A DNA stretch of 59,080 nt from Enterobacter phage EcP1: the sequence record HQ641380.1; one strand, 5' to 3'. The notes under the pieces are model-generated. The model was given only the letters and a program-made list of their open reading frames with translations, was not told the DNA's origin and ran no database searches. Of this stretch, positions 47,937-57,242 are shown piece by piece (positions within the stretch are counted from its first letter, which is position 1; the number at the start of each line of letters is the position of its first letter). The position numbers and the translations under genes are program-made.

Positions 47937-48326
47937 ATGAGTACAGCCCAACAAGCAACATCTATAGTTGCAGGATCTCTATCAGGTGTTGCAGCAGAAA
48001 AAATCTTTCCTTATGTTTCATCCCTTGAACCAAGTGTAATACTCGGTGCATTTATGGGAGCTACTATATACGCTTTGAGTAGTAAACCAATAGGAAAAAA
48101 GAAACAGATCATATTCTTCCTATTTTCTTTTGTAATGGGAGTGTCTAGTCTGTCTAAGGTTGCAGCAGATGTTTTATCTGAAGTGGTAGGGATTTTCCTG
48201 CCTAACCTTAATGTGCAATTCGATACATGGATAGGAGCTTTAGTAGCGTCTGCCTGCGCAATTCATATACTCTTATGGCTCATGAACAGAGCTAAGAATG
48301 TTGATAGCAAAGGAGATTCAGCATGA
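47937..48326 (+). CDS. holin-like membrane protein
   Basis: 129 aa with 3-4 TM helices; first gene of the lysis cassette; AAGGGGA RBS. Confidence 0.45.
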   Translation: MSTAQQATSIVAGSLSGVAAEKIFPYVSSLEPSVILGAFMGATIYALSSKPIGKKKQIIFFLFSFVMGVSSLSKVAADVLSEVVGIFLPNLNVQFDTWIGALVASACAIHILLWLMNRAKNVDSKGDSA

Positions 48327-48616
48327 GCATACTATACAATATCGCACCATTATCATTATTGAATGCGATAATATGTCTGCTTATATGTTATCGCATTTCT
48401 ACATATACCAGAGATACAAGTCAACTATTCAGGATGAACATTTCCTTGTTCGCATGGTTGATAAATGGTGCATCCTTCTATATTGCCATACGTATTTTTT
48501 ATGGCGTATACGTTACTACCGATCCTTCAGAAGTAATTCTTAATGCAGCCATCTGTATAGCTCTGTTTGCTAAGAAAGGAAACATTGCTCGCATCATTGA
48601 TTGGAGGCATAAGTAA
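48323..48616 (+). CDS. small membrane protein (second holin/antiholin-like)
   Basis: 97 aa with 3 predicted TM helices. Confidence 0.4.
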   Translation: MSILYNIAPLSLLNAIICLLICYRISTYTRDTSQLFRMNISLFAWLINGASFYIAIRIFYGVYVTTDPSEVILNAAICIALFAKKGNIARIIDWRHK

Positions 48617-49128
48617 TGAAAACTTTAATTGCATATGCAGTAGCAGGTATTGTTGTTTTTGGTTCAGGTTATGCAGCCGGTAAGTTTGTAGCCGATGCGA
48701 ACCATACTGAAGAAATGAACCAACTATTAACTAAACACAATAAAGCACTGCAAGCAGAAGCAGATAAAGCTGATGAAGAACGTAGAAATCATAATAAGGT
48801 ATCCCAAGAATTAGATGAGCTTAATGCTCGCTACTCAAAAGATATGCAGGAAAAAGATAATGAAGCTACTAAACTTAAGTCTGATATCATTGCTGGTTCT
48901 AAGCGGGTGCAGTTCTTATCAAGAGAGCTTACCAACGCCGAGAGAGCCAATCAAAGTGCCTCAGCCTGCACCGTGGGCATTAGTGAAATCGAATTCCCTA
49001 AATCTGTTCAACTCGATATTTCAGATCTCCACCAGTCCATTGAAGACGACGACAGAAAAATAAATTATTGGATAAACTATTCAAGAATGCTTTGGTTAAA
49101 GTTATATAATGAAAAAGCCCCTTTTTAA
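48616..49128 (+). CDS. i-spanin (Rz-like)
   Basis: N-terminal TM (LIAYAVAGIVVFGSGYAAG) and coiled-coil periplasmic domain; GGAGG RBS. Confidence 0.7.
   Translation: MKTLIAYAVAGIVVFGSGYAAGKFVADANHTEEMNQLLTKHNKALQAEADKADEERRNHNKVSQELDELNARYSKDMQEKDNEATKLKSDIIAGSKRVQFLSRELTNAERANQSASACTVGISEIEFPKSVQLDISDLHQSIEDDDRKINYWINYSRMLWLKLYNEKAPF
48860..49063 (+). CDS. o-spanin (Rz1-like lipoprotein) embedded in the +1 frame of the i-spanin
   Basis: MKLLNLSLISLLVLSGC lipobox; Pro-rich; fully embedded in the Rz-like gene; AGGAAA RBS. Confidence 0.65.
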   Translation: MKLLNLSLISLLVLSGCSSYQESLPTPREPIKVPQPAPWALVKSNSLNLFNSIFQISTSPLKTTTEK

Positions 49129-49144
49129 GGGGCTTTATTTTTAT
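49112..49144. terminator. bidirectional terminator
   Basis: AAGCCCC-n7-GGGGCTT hairpin flanked by an A-run and a T-run. Confidence 0.6.
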
Positions 49145-49152
49145 ATAGTTAG

Positions 49153-49186
49153 TAGCAACTTACTAGAACTACCTAGCAAGTTGCTA
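49153..49186 (-). terminator. second hairpin terminating the convergent tail-gene transcript
   Basis: TAGCAACTTACTAG-n6-CTAGCAAGTTGCTA, 13 of 14 bp stem. Confidence 0.45.
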
Positions 49187-49197
49187 TCTGGTTACAA

Positions 49198-51150
49198 TTA
49201 CTTATTGGTACACACAATCTCTACATTAAACTCAACACCATCTGGCAAGGAACTGATAGCAATTGGAGCCATAGTGGTCATATCGATCAGGTACAAATAT
49301 GCAGCACCTGTTGATACGCCAGACTGGTTGTAGAATGGTACAAGCTGATACTTATAGCCACTTGCTTGGTTAAGGCTCTGGGTGAAGATATAAGGATGCC
49401 AGTTACCAGAACCGGGTGTGTAGTTAATCTTAAGAGCAAAGCCACTATCAAAAGGCTCTACGCTTTGCACACCCTGCGGTGAGTATGGGTTTGTATTGAC
49501 TACGAAAGATCCATTACGCTTAGTCAAGCGGCAGATACGACGAAGGCCAATAGCATTGGTTTCCTGCGACTGAAATTTAGGCATTATGACGTTACTCAGA
49601 TTACCTAAATCAATCTCTTTAGGTTTGATGTTAGTCTCAAGAATGTTGTCACGCCCATCAGCACCACGAATGCTTGCAAGGTACTGACCTTGCTCACCGT
49701 AATAGCTGTAATCCCACACAAAATGCTTGAAGTGGTTCATACCACCACCATCTACCTGAATAGCCCATTTGCTTGTAGCCGACCACTGTTGGATAGAGTC
49801 AAACTCAAGCTGTCCTAACTGTGTATAGTATGGGTACTGACCAGCAACTTTAGGGACACATTTAACTGTAATACCATAATCAGCCATGATGATGTTATTC
49901 TTAAAGCTGCAAGCAGTCATCCAGTTAGTAGCCTCTGTGTAAGTAGCATCATCTGTAGGCTCATATGCTTCAATGTATAGGCCGTATTTACCATACTCAA
50001 GACTTAATCCATCAAAGCGACACCAGCATATTGAGTTACTACGCTTAATAGGGTTATTGGTACCATCACGTACGTTATCAAGACGTATACGTAATGAAGT
50101 ACCTAGACGTTCATTATAGTTAGGAAGAAGTTTTACATTCTCAATGGTTAAGTTGCGCAAGTTATTCTTACCAAGTACAAGAGCAACGTTATGATCCCAG
50201 CCCATTAGTTGTGAATCGACAGCTATACGCCCACCACCACGCTTGTCGCTACGGAAGTAGATGTTATCTGTCTCAAATACAAACATATCATCACGCAACG
50301 ATCTGTTAATAATTTGTGAACCAGATTTAAACAAAAAGTTCTTTTTAACATTTATTTTAGTATTGCAATCATAAGAACCGGCTGGAATTACAATTACATT
50401 AACTAAACTTTCATTCTGGAGATCTGCAAGTAATTGACCTATATCTGAACCAAATACTGCCCCTACAGTTCTTATATCTATGCTACCATCTGTAATTCTT
50501 TTTGCAGTCAGGGTATCATTAATACTAACATCTAATAAAGTTGCTGTAGCATTAGTTACATAATACTGTGCTGCACCACCGTCATTAATTGAATTGAATC
50601 CAGAAGTTATTACAAACGTACCTTCAGTAAAACTACCTGATTTTATATGCGCAGCTGTGTCTACATATACAGTGTTAGTACCACCGCTTTCAGTGTTTAT
50701 ATTAACCCACTTATTAAGTGCTTCTCCGCCTGTTGATGCAATTGTAGAATTAGGTGGTACAACTTTATTCAATTCACCATTCCAGCGATACAGACTTTTT
50801 TCAAAAGAAACAACCTGTGTCTTATCAGTTAATGTAAAACCTTTTGAAAAGGTTACATTATACAGAATGTGGTAATTACCGAATTTTAAATTATGTTCAG
50901 TAAGGTCTAATGTTTCTTTATCTGTAGTTAAAACAGGAGCAGAAAATGTAAAAATCTCTGAACCAATTAATTCGGGTAATAACCAGAATGTAGAAGTCTT
51001 GTTATCATAAATGCCTTTGACATTTAATAATTTGGTTCCTGCTTTAGCATATACCACTTCACTGTCATGAAGTCCGAATGAACGAGCTAAAGATAGCATA
51101 TTAGTAGTATGTGCAGTTGAACCGCGAGTTTGATCAAATAATTTTTTCAT
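49198..51150 (-). CDS. tail spike / receptor-binding protein with beta-helix (depolymerase-like) domain
   Basis: 650 aa; repetitive N/G/T/S-rich beta-strand pattern typical of a right-handed beta-helix; adjacent to a tail fiber gene. Confidence 0.5.
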   Translation of the reverse strand: MKKLFDQTRGSTAHTTNMLSLARSFGLHDSEVVYAKAGTKLLNVKGIYDNKTSTFWLLPELIGSEIFTFSAPVLTTDKETLDLTEHNLKFGNYHILYNVTFSKGFTLTDKTQVVSFEKSLYRWNGELNKVVPPNSTIASTGGEALNKWVNINTESGGTNTVYVDTAAHIKSGSFTEGTFVITSGFNSINDGGAAQYYVTNATATLLDVSINDTLTAKRITDGSIDIRTVGAVFGSDIGQLLADLQNESLVNVIVIPAGSYDCNTKINVKKNFLFKSGSQIINRSLRDDMFVFETDNIYFRSDKRGGGRIAVDSQLMGWDHNVALVLGKNNLRNLTIENVKLLPNYNERLGTSLRIRLDNVRDGTNNPIKRSNSICWCRFDGLSLEYGKYGLYIEAYEPTDDATYTEATNWMTACSFKNNIIMADYGITVKCVPKVAGQYPYYTQLGQLEFDSIQQWSATSKWAIQVDGGGMNHFKHFVWDYSYYGEQGQYLASIRGADGRDNILETNIKPKEIDLGNLSNVIMPKFQSQETNAIGLRRICRLTKRNGSFVVNTNPYSPQGVQSVEPFDSGFALKINYTPGSGNWHPYIFTQSLNQASGYKYQLVPFYNQSGVSTGAAYLYLIDMTTMAPIAISSLPDGVEFNVEIVCTNK

Positions 51151-52304
51151 TGAATTTCCTCAACACCTAAATTGCCATTTTCTATTTTTAATTTATAGGA
51201 TTTTAATGTAACTGAATCTTTTAAAATTATGTCATGTTTATTTAGTTCAATCCAAAGACCTAACGGATTTAAATAATTGAATATACCTCCATCAGTATTA
51301 ATCTGATCTGCGGCTACAGTATTTTCATTGATGTGTTTAGGATATACACCAATCCACTGATACCATTTTTTAGAAACACTGTCATAAATGTGATCATTAA
51401 TGGTACGCAAAGTTGCACCGCCTTTGAAAGTGTACCCAGACATTACATTAGGCAGCAGTAATGAATGCACATCTCCACCAATCTGAATAACTACAAAGTC
51501 ATTTTCTTTTACTGGTTCACGAAGCTGTACTAACCCTTCGCTGTTCCACGTAAAATGATACTGAGGTTCTTTACGCAATCCATTAATAAATACTGCTACA
51601 ACAGTTTTAAAGTTGTATGGCGGACGGAATGTTTGCTCACCACCGTTTGCTTTACCGTTATTGTAAACCCAGTTGAAATATTTAAAATTATCCACATTAG
51701 GTGTTTCAGGATCAGCCGGTAAACCAGACAACATAGCAATAACAGTATCACCTTCTTCCAAAGGTTGAGCTAAACGGATGGTCTGGCTTAACTCATCATA
51801 TTCAAAACCTAAACGAGGGTACTGATAATTACCATTTACATAAATACAGGTAACAGCCGCAGTCTGCTCAGGAACAATAATAGATTCCTCTCCACCTTGT
51901 GCAGAACCATTATTGTACACCCATGCAATATCACGAGAACCATCACCGCCTGTACCGGCAGAGGATGTTCCAACTTTAATCCATGAACCAGAATACTGAA
52001 TGCCATTAGGTTTGATGCCACTTTCATCATTATCAATGAAAGCATAATCGACGTATCGCTTCTCTAAACCATCCAGTTCATAAATACGGGCAAAGCGTAC
52101 CTGTTTAGCATCGATATTTTTAAGCTGCTCTACAGATTCAACACAGGCCAACATATTATATTGGGTAAGCATGTCATAGATTGTTTTGATGTAGTGCATG
52201 TTATCGGCAACAAACTTAACAGTCTGATAAGCAGTACCGATAAATTTCTGCACTAAACCTGCATTACCACAATCATGCGGGTAGTTATTCATCATTATAG
52301 CCAT
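51147..52304 (-). CDS. tail fiber / adaptor protein
   Basis: 385 aa; overlaps the start of the tail spike gene. Confidence 0.4.
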   Translation of the reverse strand: MAIMMNNYPHDCGNAGLVQKFIGTAYQTVKFVADNMHYIKTIYDMLTQYNMLACVESVEQLKNIDAKQVRFARIYELDGLEKRYVDYAFIDNDESGIKPNGIQYSGSWIKVGTSSAGTGGDGSRDIAWVYNNGSAQGGEESIIVPEQTAAVTCIYVNGNYQYPRLGFEYDELSQTIRLAQPLEEGDTVIAMLSGLPADPETPNVDNFKYFNWVYNNGKANGGEQTFRPPYNFKTVVAVFINGLRKEPQYHFTWNSEGLVQLREPVKENDFVVIQIGGDVHSLLLPNVMSGYTFKGGATLRTINDHIYDSVSKKWYQWIGVYPKHINENTVAADQINTDGGIFNYLNPLGLWIELNKHDIILKDSVTLKSYKLKIENGNLGVEEIQ

Positions 52305-52999
52305 CCTCGTATTTCGGATTTAATATTAGTGTCGTCTTGGTGTTCGTTGTTCAAATTACGCTGTTCAACTTGTTCACAAGAGTTCTCATATCTTGCCATA
52401 AACTCCTGAGCTTTGGCAGATAATATTTGATTATTCATGTTAGAAAACAAACGTGCAGCAACATAAAAAGATAATGCCTCTAACAAGTATGCAGGCAGAT
52501 CTATATTAGTTGTATCTGGATTTGCATCTAATGGAATCTTTTTCTGATTAGCCAGATAGGTAACAAAAATTACGTTACCATCTACAGGCTGTAAAATCTG
52601 AATACCATTATGTCCAACTTTTTTAAGTGAACAGTGGAATGAGTTATCATTAAAATTTAATTCATTACCGATCTCATTATGAACTTTATGAATACGTAAA
52701 ACATCATCATCAAAAGGTTCATACGGAGAATCAATAATGTATTTAATTGGTTCATCACTGTCAGAAGATTGTGCATACTTGCCATCTAAAATGTATGTGC
52801 CAATCTGTTCATGCATTTCAATAACTACAGATTTCTCATGTAGCATAAAGCGACTACATAAATCAGTAATACCATAATTAATATGAGAAATTACTGTAGG
52901 TATGTGCTTATCTTTAATGGTTCCTGAACCACTATCACCGATAGAAGTATTGGATAATTCACCATAAGATAAGTTTGATAAAAACTCTCTTAGTTTCAT
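52295..52999 (-). CDS. virion/tail-associated protein
   Basis: 234 aa, between the terminase and tail fiber genes. Confidence 0.35.
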   Translation of the reverse strand: MKLREFLSNLSYGELSNTSIGDSGSGTIKDKHIPTVISHINYGITDLCSRFMLHEKSVVIEMHEQIGTYILDGKYAQSSDSDEPIKYIIDSPYEPFDDDVLRIHKVHNEIGNELNFNDNSFHCSLKKVGHNGIQILQPVDGNVIFVTYLANQKKIPLDANPDTTNIDLPAYLLEALSFYVAARLFSNMNNQILSAKAQEFMARYENSCEQVEQRNLNNEHQDDTNIKSEIRGWL

Positions 53000-53008
53000 T
53001 TGGTTCCC

Positions 53009-54616
53009 TTATACAAGGTAGTTGTCCATAGGAGATGAAAGATCTTCATAAGAATCTTCCGTATAATATCTTCCGGCTGTTCCTACATTAGGATTATAAC
53101 TTACTCCGTCAAATGGTTTAACAGGATTCATTAACGGAAGCATAGAAATTGTATCGATACAGTCGTCATGTTTTGATTTAAACCCGCCAACCATAGCCAT
53201 AGACAATTCTTCCAACATTTCTACCATCAGTGGAGTATCTTTCATTTCGATAGGGAAATGAATCTTACCTAATTTAAATAATGGCAATGCCATTAAGAAA
53301 CGAGTCATTTTATCAGAAGCAGGGCGAATACCTGGCTGTTTGCTATTATTCGATGAAGCGAGTTGAAACCATATACTACGGAGCATCATCTCTCTCTGTA
53401 TTAGTGATATAAACCCTGCCTGCTGACCGGATACTTCCACACCGGCAGACTGCACATTATATGCTGGAACCAATCTGAATAACTCATCAAACGCCACATC
53501 GATAGTAGCTTTGGCACACCAACCATCTACCAGATACCAATCTCCTTGTGAGCTATACGCCCACACTGGTATAACGGAAAAGTCGTTTACCTGTTTACCA
53601 CCTACAGAGAAGTCAGAAGTGCTATAGAAAGTGTAATTTTGCGGATTAGTCATTAAATCCTTTCTGGAATACCACTTTATTTCATTGTCCTGAATTAATT
53701 TATCTTCATCAGAGGCGATACGTAACATGTATTCCTGATAGAATGCAGCAAGTTTACCCTGCTCTAAAGCAAACTCATACTCTCTCTTAACGAAAGAGTA
53801 CGGGAACCGGTCTTCCCATGCGCCTTTAAATTCTTTTTCCTCACAAGGGAATTTCTCACAAAGTGGGTATACGTTAACTACCCATGCTCCGGATTCAACC
53901 GCTTCATATAAAATATCTCGCTTATTAAATGGAGTACCGTTGAATATAACCTTACGCTTAAGCGGACTTAATGCAGGTAGTACGCCTTTATACACAGTGT
54001 CATTGATGGTAGCCATAGATGCCTTAGAGTTAGCATCCTCATCACTTACCAGATCATCCAGTACTGCTAATACAGGTCGTTTACCAAATATTTTGGAACC
54101 ACGAATACCAGTCTTAGCACCAAACATCTTCAAGCCAAACTTATTACCTTCCTGATTCACAAACTCAATATAGTTATCTGTAAATTTATATTGAGGAATC
54201 ATATTGAGAAGGAAGTCAGATGAATGGAATCTATGCTCCATATTCTTACGTAAGTTCTTAACACCGTTATCCATAGAGTCACTTACGTAGATAGCACCCG
54301 GTACTGAACCAAAATTAGGCAAGTCTCCGAATACGCCGATGTATAAAAACAGGTATTCAGCAAATACGGTAGTCTTTGCCATACCACGCGCGCATAAGTT
54401 AGCTACATATGGGTTAGGATCAACAATACCTTCCAGCATTTTTAAATGAACAGGAGGTGTTTTGTTTTCCTCGCCTTCTTCACCATTTACTAATTTAATG
54501 AATGAAACAAATTCAATAGCAAATTCGGTAGGAATGTATCGTTCATTTATATGAGCGTAGTCAACCGTATTAAGCCAATCGTCTACAGTTTTCTTCTTTG
54601 GTTGCAATATTGGCAT
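53009..54616 (-). CDS. terminase large subunit
   Basis: 535 aa; Walker A-like ARGMAKTT and Walker B VLAVLDDLVSDE; C-terminal nuclease-like region. Confidence 0.7.
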   Translation of the reverse strand: MPILQPKKKTVDDWLNTVDYAHINERYIPTEFAIEFVSFIKLVNGEEGEENKTPPVHLKMLEGIVDPNPYVANLCARGMAKTTVFAEYLFLYIGVFGDLPNFGSVPGAIYVSDSMDNGVKNLRKNMEHRFHSSDFLLNMIPQYKFTDNYIEFVNQEGNKFGLKMFGAKTGIRGSKIFGKRPVLAVLDDLVSDEDANSKASMATINDTVYKGVLPALSPLKRKVIFNGTPFNKRDILYEAVESGAWVVNVYPLCEKFPCEEKEFKGAWEDRFPYSFVKREYEFALEQGKLAAFYQEYMLRIASDEDKLIQDNEIKWYSRKDLMTNPQNYTFYSTSDFSVGGKQVNDFSVIPVWAYSSQGDWYLVDGWCAKATIDVAFDELFRLVPAYNVQSAGVEVSGQQAGFISLIQREMMLRSIWFQLASSNNSKQPGIRPASDKMTRFLMALPLFKLGKIHFPIEMKDTPLMVEMLEELSMAMVGGFKSKHDDCIDTISMLPLMNPVKPFDGVSYNPNVGTAGRYYTEDSYEDLSSPMDNYLV

Positions 54617-55299
54617 TAATCTTCATCCTTACCGTAGTTAAACAGCGACCGGTGTGCGACTTCTCTGGTAGTAGTCTCACCATTAACAATCTTAGCTTTC
54701 TCAAACGCAGCTAATTCGCTAAGAGTCTGACGCAGTGATACCAATTCAGAAGATTCACGATGGTTAACATCAAGCTGTACACGTTTAGTTTCAGGCTGTT
54801 TAAGGTTATCAGCTAACTTACTTGCAGCCTCAACACGAACTTTAGGTGACACATCCTCATCACGCATAATTGTAGCAAGAGTATTTATAGACTCCTGATA
54901 AATATCACGATTAAGAATATGAGTTGGTATAAGAGTTTGTTCTGTAATGAGATTAACTAACTTATTTTTATTGTATGCACTCACATAACTATGAATACTA
55001 TCCATGGGCTTGCCACTGCTCATATGTGCCTGATACCGATCAGGGAAAGTTTTGCAGTAAGCTTCAAAGTTAGAATGCCCCATCATTTTGAATGAGACAT
55101 ACCGAACAGCATTAATGTAATCATCCAATTTAAACTTACCTGAACCAAGTACAGAAGAATAAGAAATAATATTATCTCTCATCATCTCCTGAGTATCAGG
55201 GTCAGTAAGCAATTGGTTATACCGGTCTACAGTAGCCTGATCTACAGTCATACGTAGGCTTTGAGGTAAGGCATCTTTAAATTCTGCAATAGTAAGCAT
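54616..55299 (-). CDS. terminase small subunit (putative)
   Basis: 227 aa, immediately upstream of and overlapping the large-subunit start. Confidence 0.4.
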   Translation of the reverse strand: MLTIAEFKDALPQSLRMTVDQATVDRYNQLLTDPDTQEMMRDNIISYSSVLGSGKFKLDDYINAVRYVSFKMMGHSNFEAYCKTFPDRYQAHMSSGKPMDSIHSYVSAYNKNKLVNLITEQTLIPTHILNRDIYQESINTLATIMRDEDVSPKVRVEAASKLADNLKQPETKRVQLDVNHRESSELVSLRQTLSELAAFEKAKIVNGETTTREVAHRSLFNYGKDED

Positions 55300-55468
55300 A
55301 TCAAGTAATTCCTATCAGTGATTTTTAATTAGTCTATCAGCTACCTTTAAGTAAAAAAAGTACTAGACAATTTATTTCACTGTTGTATATTTAACTCAAG
55401 CAAACGTTCCTCAAGGAAAGTTAAAGAGCGAGTTCCCGCCACTCGTGCTAAAAAGGCGGAACAATTTA

Positions 55469-55543
55469 GGTAAGTTAGCTAATAGGTGAAGCACCTGACT
55501 GTTAATCAGTGATAGAGTGGTTCGATTCCACTACTTACCGCCA
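55469..55543 (+). tRNA. tRNA-Asn (GTT), tentative
   Basis: Acceptor GGTAAGT/ACTTACC, T-arm AGTGG-TTCGATT-CCACT, anticodon loop CTGTTAA, encoded CCA; one mismatch in the anticodon stem and a 3 bp D-stem. Confidence 0.5.
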
Positions 55544-55546
55544 TTT

Positions 55547-55623
55547 CGGGATATAGCTCAGTTTGGTAGAGTGTCTGCTTTGGGAGCAGAATGTCGTTGG
55601 TTCAAGTCCAGCTATCCCGACCA
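55547..55623 (+). tRNA. tRNA-Pro (TGG)
   Basis: Cloverleaf: acceptor CGGGATA/TATCCCG, D-arm GCTC..GAGT, anticodon loop TTTGGGA, T-arm GTTGG-TTCAAGT-CCAGC, encoded CCA. Confidence 0.75.
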
Positions 55624-55627
55624 ATTA

Positions 55628-55704
55628 GTGCCTTTAGCTCAGACGGTTAGAGCAGCCGACTCATAATCGGTAGGTCACAGGTTCAAATCCTGTAGGGCGC
55701 ACCA
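55628..55704 (+). tRNA. tRNA-Met (CAT)
   Basis: D-arm GCTC-AGACGGTTA-GAGC, anticodon loop CTCATAA, T-arm ACAGG-TTCAAAT-CCTGT, acceptor AGGGCGC, encoded CCA. Confidence 0.75.
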
Positions 55705-55739
55705 GAAGTTGCCATATGTCTTTCTCCCGAAGACCGTTT

Positions 55740-55763
55740 AGCCCCTACGTTAAGGGGCTTTTT
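55740..55763 (+). terminator. terminator after the tRNA cluster
   Basis: AGCCCCT-n6-AGGGGCT followed by TTTTT. Confidence 0.55.
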
Positions 55764-55784
55764 CATAACTATAGGAAAGTGATT

Positions 55785-55901
55785 ATGCTTACATTTGTGA
55801 TAGGTATTTTAATTGGTTTAGTTGTCGGTACTTATGTTACTGCTACAAAACCTGAATGGTATAAACCCTTAATCAAAAAAATTAATGGTATCAAGAAATG
55901 A
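55785..55901 (+). CDS. small membrane protein (38 aa)
   Basis: AGGAAA RBS; MLTFVIGILIGLVVGTYV TM helix; the longer track ORF would span the terminator. Confidence 0.35.
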   Translation: MLTFVIGILIGLVVGTYVTATKPEWYKPLIKKINGIKK

Positions 55902-56233
55902 ATTTCATCGACATTGAAACAGGTACTCAGGAAGTTGAAGCAGTACAAATTCAGAAGCAACTCAATGTGTATTATCCTCAATGGTTCGTAAATGCTCAGG
56001 CAAAAGGCCACATTAAAGTAAACAAAGAAGAACGCACATTTTCCATTACCCGCTACGGGCAGGAAATTAAAGCGTACATCAATGATTTTATTTTAATGAA
56101 ACCTAACGGTACATTCGAAGTAATGCCACCAATGCAATTCAGAGAAACCTATGAACGAAAAGAAGATCGACGAGCTGCTGAAGAAAAAGCAAGAGTTATG
56201 CGAGAGTATCTCAAACCTCGACAGACAGCTTGA
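55898..56233 (+). CDS. hypothetical protein
   Basis: 111 aa ORF; its 3' end overlaps an alternative-frame 45 aa ORF. Confidence 0.45.
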   Translation: MNFIDIETGTQEVEAVQIQKQLNVYYPQWFVNAQAKGHIKVNKEERTFSITRYGQEIKAYINDFILMKPNGTFEVMPPMQFRETYERKEDRRAAEEKARVMREYLKPRQTA

Positions 56234-56284
56234 TGAATTAACTGACGAACTATCTTCAGTTATTAAATCAATCAACGAATTACA

Positions 56285-56310
56285 AAGCCGCGAATAAGCG
56301 GCTTTTACTT
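56285..56310 (+). terminator. terminator-like hairpin
   Basis: AAGCCGC-GAATAA-GCGGCTT followed by TTTAC. Confidence 0.4.
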
Positions 56311-56324
56311 AGGAATAAAAACAT

Positions 56325-56648
56325 ATGGCTAAAACATTATACAGAATCTGTGTGGGACGCAGAGACGGCATCCGTGTCATAGAAGGTACGGCAAACAGAC
56401 AGACCCCGCAGGCATACTGCTCTATCACTTCAGATGGCATATTCGGATTATCTTCCATACCAAAAAGTGTATTAGAGCAAATCAAATTTGGCGATAACTT
56501 CTGGAATACATCTATCTATACAGATGAACCAAGTAAGATTGAACCAATGAAAGAAAAACTATCCGCCTATCTGAAGGGTAAGTACATAATGTACAAAGCG
56601 GAAACCACTAAAGAATTAAACGATATGGAGAAAGTAATCAATGGCTAA
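56325..56648 (+). CDS. hypothetical protein
   Basis: 107 aa ORF. Confidence 0.45.
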   Translation: MAKTLYRICVGRRDGIRVIEGTANRQTPQAYCSITSDGIFGLSSIPKSVLEQIKFGDNFWNTSIYTDEPSKIEPMKEKLSAYLKGKYIMYKAETTKELNDMEKVING

Positions 56649-56964
56649 TTTATGGTTAGTACAAATAAAAAATAATGCAATTAAAGTTGATATCGTAGAA
56701 GCAGATGAAACACCAAAGATGTATCGCAACATTCGCGGCAGTGATGATATTTGGATACGTTCAGTACGCAAAGCTGATTTAGATATGGTTATGTCTTCTT
56801 ATGGTTCAAACAAGCATGGCTATGCTGACTCGCGTGAATGTGCTGAGAAGCTAATTGCTGCAATGAAAGATAAAGTCATGCATGAAGCTGAACATAATCT
56901 TAAACAAGCTAATAAGCAGATACAGTTAGCTGAACTGCTACAACAACAAAAGGTAGTATTCTAA
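56641..56964 (+). CDS. hypothetical protein
   Basis: 107 aa ORF, overlapping start/stop. Confidence 0.45.
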   Translation: MANLWLVQIKNNAIKVDIVEADETPKMYRNIRGSDDIWIRSVRKADLDMVMSSYGSNKHGYADSRECAEKLIAAMKDKVMHEAEHNLKQANKQIQLAELLQQQKVVF

Positions 56965-57242
56965 TGATATTCCGTAAAGGTAGTTTAATACCTAAATGGT
57001 TAAACATTGTTGACATTCATCGTTCAGTAAGACACAAGGTTAAGTTTGGTTGTGATGTAGAGTTAGTTAAGTTAGGTTCAGGTAATGAACCAACTATAAT
57101 CAAACGGGTTGATCCTACATATCCAGCTAATACTTTACCTATGGTTCATATTGAAAACTTAGCTGGCATTAAACAGAAGAACGGAACATATAAAAAGATA
57201 AATGGAATAGGCATTCGTGAAGTTGTTATTGAATGGCCTTAA
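56964..57242 (+). CDS. hypothetical protein
   Basis: 92 aa ORF. Confidence 0.4.
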   Translation: MIFRKGSLIPKWLNIVDIHRSVRHKVKFGCDVELVKLGSGNEPTIIKRVDPTYPANTLPMVHIENLAGIKQKNGTYKKINGIGIREVVIEWP

